This document shows positions 59,171 to 64,000 of a stretch of 64,000 nt of DNA, one piece after another. The number at the start of each line of letters is the position of its first letter. Position 1 is the stretch's first letter. The stretch covers positions 930,001-994,000 of the forward strand of contig JBNJNM010000013.1 in NCBI GenBank assembly GCA_052426225.1, in the 5' to 3' direction. The notes under the pieces are model-generated. The model did no database searches, was not told where the DNA came from, and saw only the letters and a list, made by a program, of their open reading frames with translations. Source of the DNA: Zancudomyces culisetae HAW-14-8. Taxonomy: Eukaryota > Fungi > Kickxellomycota. Both the position numbers and the translations under genes were made by a program.

Positions 59171-59953
59171 TCATGAGAGGTATTTGCTTAGCATCTCCGA
59201 GTCATATGATAAAAATTCACCACTCAAAGAATGTTCAGCATACAGTGCAAGCTTTGCAATTATGTATCCTGGAATATTGGGTGACAAAAGCTGTTTATTC
59301 TCCTTTAAATCAGTGAATCGAACAAATTCTTCAGGCTTCATGATATCACCACTGGCTCTAATTCGTGTTTGCATATCTGTATCTACCACACCTGGCCGCA
59401 GAGCAATAAAAGTGACATCTGGTTCTTCGGAAGCAAAACCTTGAGTAAGCATGTTGAGACTTGCCTTTGAGGCGCAGTAGGCGCCCCAACCTTGAAGGTG
59501 TTTGGTGCTAGCTCCCGAGCTAACATTGACGACTACACCTTCCTTGTTCTTTCTAAGTTCTGGAAGTACCAGTTGTGTTAAGTAAAATACTGAAAATAGA
59601 TTTACATCAAATGCTTTGATTAATTCTTGCTTGGAAATATTAACTAGGGTTCCTACTGGCTCCAAGGTTCCAGCATTGTTAACCAATGCATCTATTCTCC
59701 CAAACTTGGATTTGGCCATCTTGACAACGCTCTTGCAGTCCTGTTCACTCGTTATATCACCAATAAATGGTATAAACTTTAGTTCTCTTGCATATAGATT
59801 GCATTTACTGCTCAGTTGATCGAGATCCTCCTTTGATCTTGCGAATCCTATCACAATTGCACCAAATTTGATCAATTCCTCGCAAACGGCTTTTCCGATC
59901 CCTCGTGAGGCACCTGTGACAATTACTACTTTGCTAGTTGAAGGAACGACCAT
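59171..59953 (-). CDS. Short-chain dehydrogenase/reductase (benzil/sepiapterin-reductase-like, Irc24/Nre1 type)
   Basis: TGASRGIG, NNAG, VSSGA, GWGAYCASK (YxxxK), RPGVVDTDMQ. Confidence 0.92.
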   Translation of the reverse strand: MVVPSTSKVVIVTGASRGIGKAVCEELIKFGAIVIGFARSKEDLDQLSSKCNLYARELKFIPFIGDITSEQDCKSVVKMAKSKFGRIDALVNNAGTLEPVGTLVNISKQELIKAFDVNLFSVFYLTQLVLPELRKNKEGVVVNVSSGASTKHLQGWGAYCASKASLNMLTQGFASEEPDVTFIALRPGVVDTDMQTRIRASGDIMKPEEFVRFTDLKENKQLLSPNIPGYIIAKLALYAEHSLSGEFLSYDSEMLSKYLS

Positions 59954-60943
59954 GTTGTATTTTCAGATAAATATTTGACGCTCTGGTTTTTTTAATTTTT
60001 GTACAGCTACTAGTGATGAGTATTCCTTGATATTCTTGACAGAGAGGAGTTACTGAAGCTAACGTGTAAATCGAGCAAAAAAAGTGCCCATAAATATTTC
60101 TATAAAGCTATATCACAAGAAAAATGCTACTTAATAGCTTATCCCAGTTTTTAGAAGGTCAGTTGTCTTTTTCCTTTTTTTTCCTTTTTGTTCTACTTTT
60201 CTGTTTTTGTAACATTCACGATTTTTCTAATGGGGTTAAACTATTAAAAGTTTTGTAATAAGGACTGTTGAAAAAGGCTACAAAGGTGTTGATTCGTAGA
60301 TTTTAGATGGAAAAAAAGGGGGGAGACGATACTCCGCAATTATTCGCGTTGATTTAATAAAACGGTTTTATACACACATACATGCCGCTTATGATTAGAT
60401 CATGTTTTTAAACATCATGTGCGTTTTCTAAGAGCAGTAATATAGCCAAATTGGTCCTGAGTAGTGGAAATATTGTATACAAAAAGAAACAAAACAGGAT
60501 GTATGGGTAAATACTATCTGTGGTTCGGTTGTTGGTTGTTGGTTGTTTACCCGGACATTCTGCCCCCTGGGTCTTATTGTTTTTTACTTGTTAAACCAAT
60601 TGTATACTTGAAAGAACATGCAGAGAATCAGCTATTTAGAGATAATTGCATGAATGTTTTAATATAACAGACCGTAAAAAAACTGGTTTTTTTCACTCCT
60701 ATACAATCTTAGAGCCCCGATATAAAGTAAATAATAATGTGTATGGTGGATGCGATGACATGTGACTATCTTAAAAAGGAATGACAGGGTGTGGAAGGTA
60801 ATCATCGATTTCATTATGAATCGCATCCAATATTACCAAAACTGCATAAATAGGCTATATATTCTATAAGAGGAAGGATGGTGATAGAAACAATAAAGAT
60901 GTAGTAATTTTATCTATTTCGGAAGTGAGGTAATAAGCTTCAG

Positions 60944-60959
60944 ACCAACCATGGTTGGT
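60944..60959. repeat. Perfect 16-bp palindrome ACCAACCATGGTTGGT
   Basis: Direct reading in the SDR/COG4 divergent intergenic region. Confidence 0.9.
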
Positions 60960-61420
60960 GTGTTTTTGTTGCCCTTTTGATGAACGTAGCAATATTATTA
61001 TTGTTATCATTATTATCATTATCAATGTCATAATTAATCTTACTCTTAGTTTTTTAAATCAAGACAAATAATACCAGCGTAAATTATGTGCTTATGTGTG
61101 CAGGTAGATAAATGTCGTGGCATAGCATAGACAAACGCGTCAAATGGTTCATCCATGTAAACTTACATTTGTATTCTAAATAGTCCATGAACGAGCTGCG
61201 TAAAAGGTTGTCTTGGAAGAAAAAGAAAAAAAAAAGTTTTAGCGAATCAAAATCAGTTACACAACAACTTGGAAAAGATGTATGGATTTTTCGACCTGAG
61301 CTTTGTTTGGCAATTTTCTAAATAAGTGAGCAGATTTTCACAAAGCAAGCTTATGAAAAAACAAACAAGTTGAAATTGACTCTGACTCCAAGCAAAATTG
61401 CGTATAATGGTACAGAAACG

Positions 61421-64000
61421 ATGACAAAGGTAAAAAATGAGAAGCTAGCAACAACCAATTCAATCCCACAAACAGAAAAACTCGAGGGAAATCTTTTGAA
61501 TGAAGTTGCAAAGGAAAAACATGGACAGTTCGAAGAAATTCAAGAATTCACTAGGTTTACTGACATAGAAAAGATAGAAGAATGTCTAGCCTGGGTAAAT
61601 GAGGAAGAGAACAGAACGCAGCAGAGATTGGATACCCTTGTAAATGGGAGAAAAGGCAAAGAACATGGGTTTGAAGAATTAGCAAAAGCCTTGTAAGCTT
61701 TCCATAATTTTAATTGCTTTTCTAAAATTTCAAAAGGCTGGGGCCGACAAAAAGGAAAATAAAAGTTTAATGAGCTCGTAGTTGAACTTATATACCTTAT
61801 TTGTATCTATAAAATGTAAAGATTTTAATATTATTGGCAATTAAAATGGAAGAAATGATATATACATAGGCCGGAAATCGAGGGGATTGAGCAACTTTTA
61901 GATTCAAATTATTTAGTACTAAAGGAATCGTACAAAGCCTTAGAAGACTTGCACATTCGGATGACAAGCATCGAAGATGAAAAAGTACGTTGTATATTTC
62001 ATTTATATATGTTTGTGTTGATTTACTAAATATAACATCGGATATTAAAGCTTTTTCAATATTTTCCTCGGGAATAATTAATACGATTTTTACACAAAAA
62101 TATTTAGAAAAGCATAGAAGAGGTCATCACAACATTTGAAAATGCTCAAGTATTAGAGGCAAGTAATTGAAAAGAAAAACACTGTAAACCAGATAACTGG
62201 TACAGTTATAGATAGTACAAGTTACCAAACACAAGACCCAGATTAATAATAAAATACTAAGTTTTTTTTGTATTGTAATGGATGATTAAATTAGAATAAC
62301 ATGAGAGAGATTAAGGAGGTTATAAATGCCCAAGGAATAGAAAGAGCGGTGGAACTTATTCACAATAGCACAACTGTTTTGGAACAGCTTGATACGTTAC
62401 ATGGGAAGCAAATAAAACAGTTGGTGATAGATATAACAAACAGGCAAATCGGGGGAAAGGACTTTGGGAAAGTCATAGAGACGCAACGAAAAGAAATAAT
62501 AGAAGTGGTGAAGGGGGAATTTGAATCAGCCGAGGCTGATGGCGATGAAATCAGACTAAGCAAATACTTTAAGCTTTTTCCGCGTTTGAACGAAGAGAGG
62601 CTGGGGTTGGATAGCTATTCAAAGCTTTTAAGCCAAAAACTCAGAGAGAGTTATAAAGTTAGTGGGACGCAATCAGCTAAAAAGGGAGTATATGGGCTGA
62701 GACTTGGGAATATGTTTGAAGCAATGGCGTATTTAATCGATAACAACACGAATGTTGTGGAAAAGTATTATGGAGGTGGAAGTATGGCAAGGGTAATTGA
62801 ACATTTGCAAATAGAGATGGACAAGAGAATAGTGTTGGTGGTGGAGTCATTTGAGGATTCGCGGCAAGTGACGCAACTGGTTGGACAAGTGGAGGGGTTT
62901 TTCGACAAGGTTTCGAGCCATCCAAAGGAGGCGCCAGTAAAAGAAACTAGAGACGTAGCAGAAACAGCTGCAGGTACGAATCTTAAATGGATGGGGGTAA
63001 AAACGTCACAAAATGTGGGTGAAAAGGGCAGAGGAGTGAGTTCAGAGTTGGCTAGAAGCAGCGGGGAATCGGTAGAAGAAGGTCCGGATATGTCTATAGT
63101 ATCTGAAACGATAGATGAGTTGGCAGTAATGGCGAGTCAATGTGTTGGATTTGTGCAGTATTTACAAAGAGTAGGACAGTCGTTGTCAGAAAGGCTGGTT
63201 GACAAAGAAAAGATAGTTTTGACAGAGGGTGAGATAATGCTTTGTTTGCCCGGAAGAAGCGATACATTGATGAGTAAAAAAGTAGGGGTAGGCCACGAGA
63301 AAGGGCTGAAAGTAAACCCAGATACAGGTATATTGATTAATACACAGCTCGAGCAAATGACAGAGTGGCTGGTCAGCTCGTATATTCAGTTAGAGAAGTA
63401 TTATTCCAGACAAATGTCGCTAAAAGCAATACAATACGACGATTTGGAGGAGTTGGAAGGTTGGGCATATGCGATATCTATGGATAAAGGTCCAATAAGA
63501 CAGCGGCGAGTTGAGGCAGATGATAAAAGCATTGGAAATAATAATTGGCAGCTGACATCAAGTTGCGCAGAGGATCTATTCTATGTTTTACAACGAGGGT
63601 TAATGAGAGCAGTAAAAATACAGAGAGAAAATGTGATGGGAGAAATAATAGCTGTTTGTGCTGATATAATGAGTAACGTCTTTTTGGAGTACTTGGAATC
63701 TCAGGTTATGGAAAAATGGGAATACCAAACCCATCCCAGTGGTGTTCCTGGCTCTGGTCAGGGATTCTTCTCTGGACCGGACCAACCCGGGCGAGCTACA
63801 ACTCTCAAGTCGGGCTATAGCAATTCAAATGCTGCAAATAGTTATCTTGGTATTCCTAGTAGTCGCGATGGGGGCACGCCTAGCCTTGGAACACACAAAA
63901 CAGGAACTTATACCAACCTACTCCCACCTGCTGTGAATAGTACAGGAGCCGCCGGAGGTCTCTGGAAACAAAGCTTAAAGAGTTCTCTGACATCTTCGAC
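61421..64000 (+). CDS. COG4: Conserved oligomeric Golgi complex subunit 4 (partial, runs off the window end). Exons 61421-61692, 61870-61984, 62108-62158, 62295->64000
   Basis: FESAEADGDEIRLSKYFKLFPRLNEERLGLDSYSKL, GNMFEAMAYLID...VEKYYG and TSSCAEDLFYVLQR follow the COG4 pattern. The frame matches at the spot-checked positions to the window end. Confidence 0.8.

Noticed and set aside
1-64000. tRNA, rRNA, snRNA, transposase/retroelement or CRISPR array
   Set aside because: No cloverleaf, known snRNA motifs, RT/transposase ORFs or repeat-spacer structure were seen by eye; tRNAscan-SE and Infernal would be needed to exclude them formally.

Overview
AT-rich, gene-dense eukaryotic DNA with short (~70-215 nt) spliceosomal introns. 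The gene set and splice signals are fungal. Low GC, compact introns and retained DENND6/NoxR suggest an early-diverging lineage, possibly Kickxellomycotina/Harpellales; this placement is inference only. About 19 protein genes can be supported. In order: exportin-T LOS1 (partial), a small SERTA/IER/Ecm13-like acidic protein, NoxR/p67phox, a disordered orphan, DENND6-like, a minimal ENTH protein, PPX1, TFIIB, Mdl1/ABCB10-type half ABC transporter, UPF3, a small membrane protein, NOC2, LSM1, NSL1/Mis14, ABCB/MDR transporter, acetyl-CoA synthetase, SEC13, an SDR, and COG4 (partial). Exon structures were rebuilt by hand from splice signals and reading-frame continuity. I found no tRNA, rRNA, transposon or CRISPR array, and no clear novel multi-gene system. 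The best leads are: a SERTA-like (PP2A-B55-adaptor-like) motif behind a leader with several uORFs; a probable intron downstream of the UPF3 stop (possible NMD autoregulation); NOC2/LSM1 sharing interlocked stop codons; a telomere-like motif near a long hairpin in a large intergenic region; and a within-gene purine-to-pyrimidine strand-skew switch.
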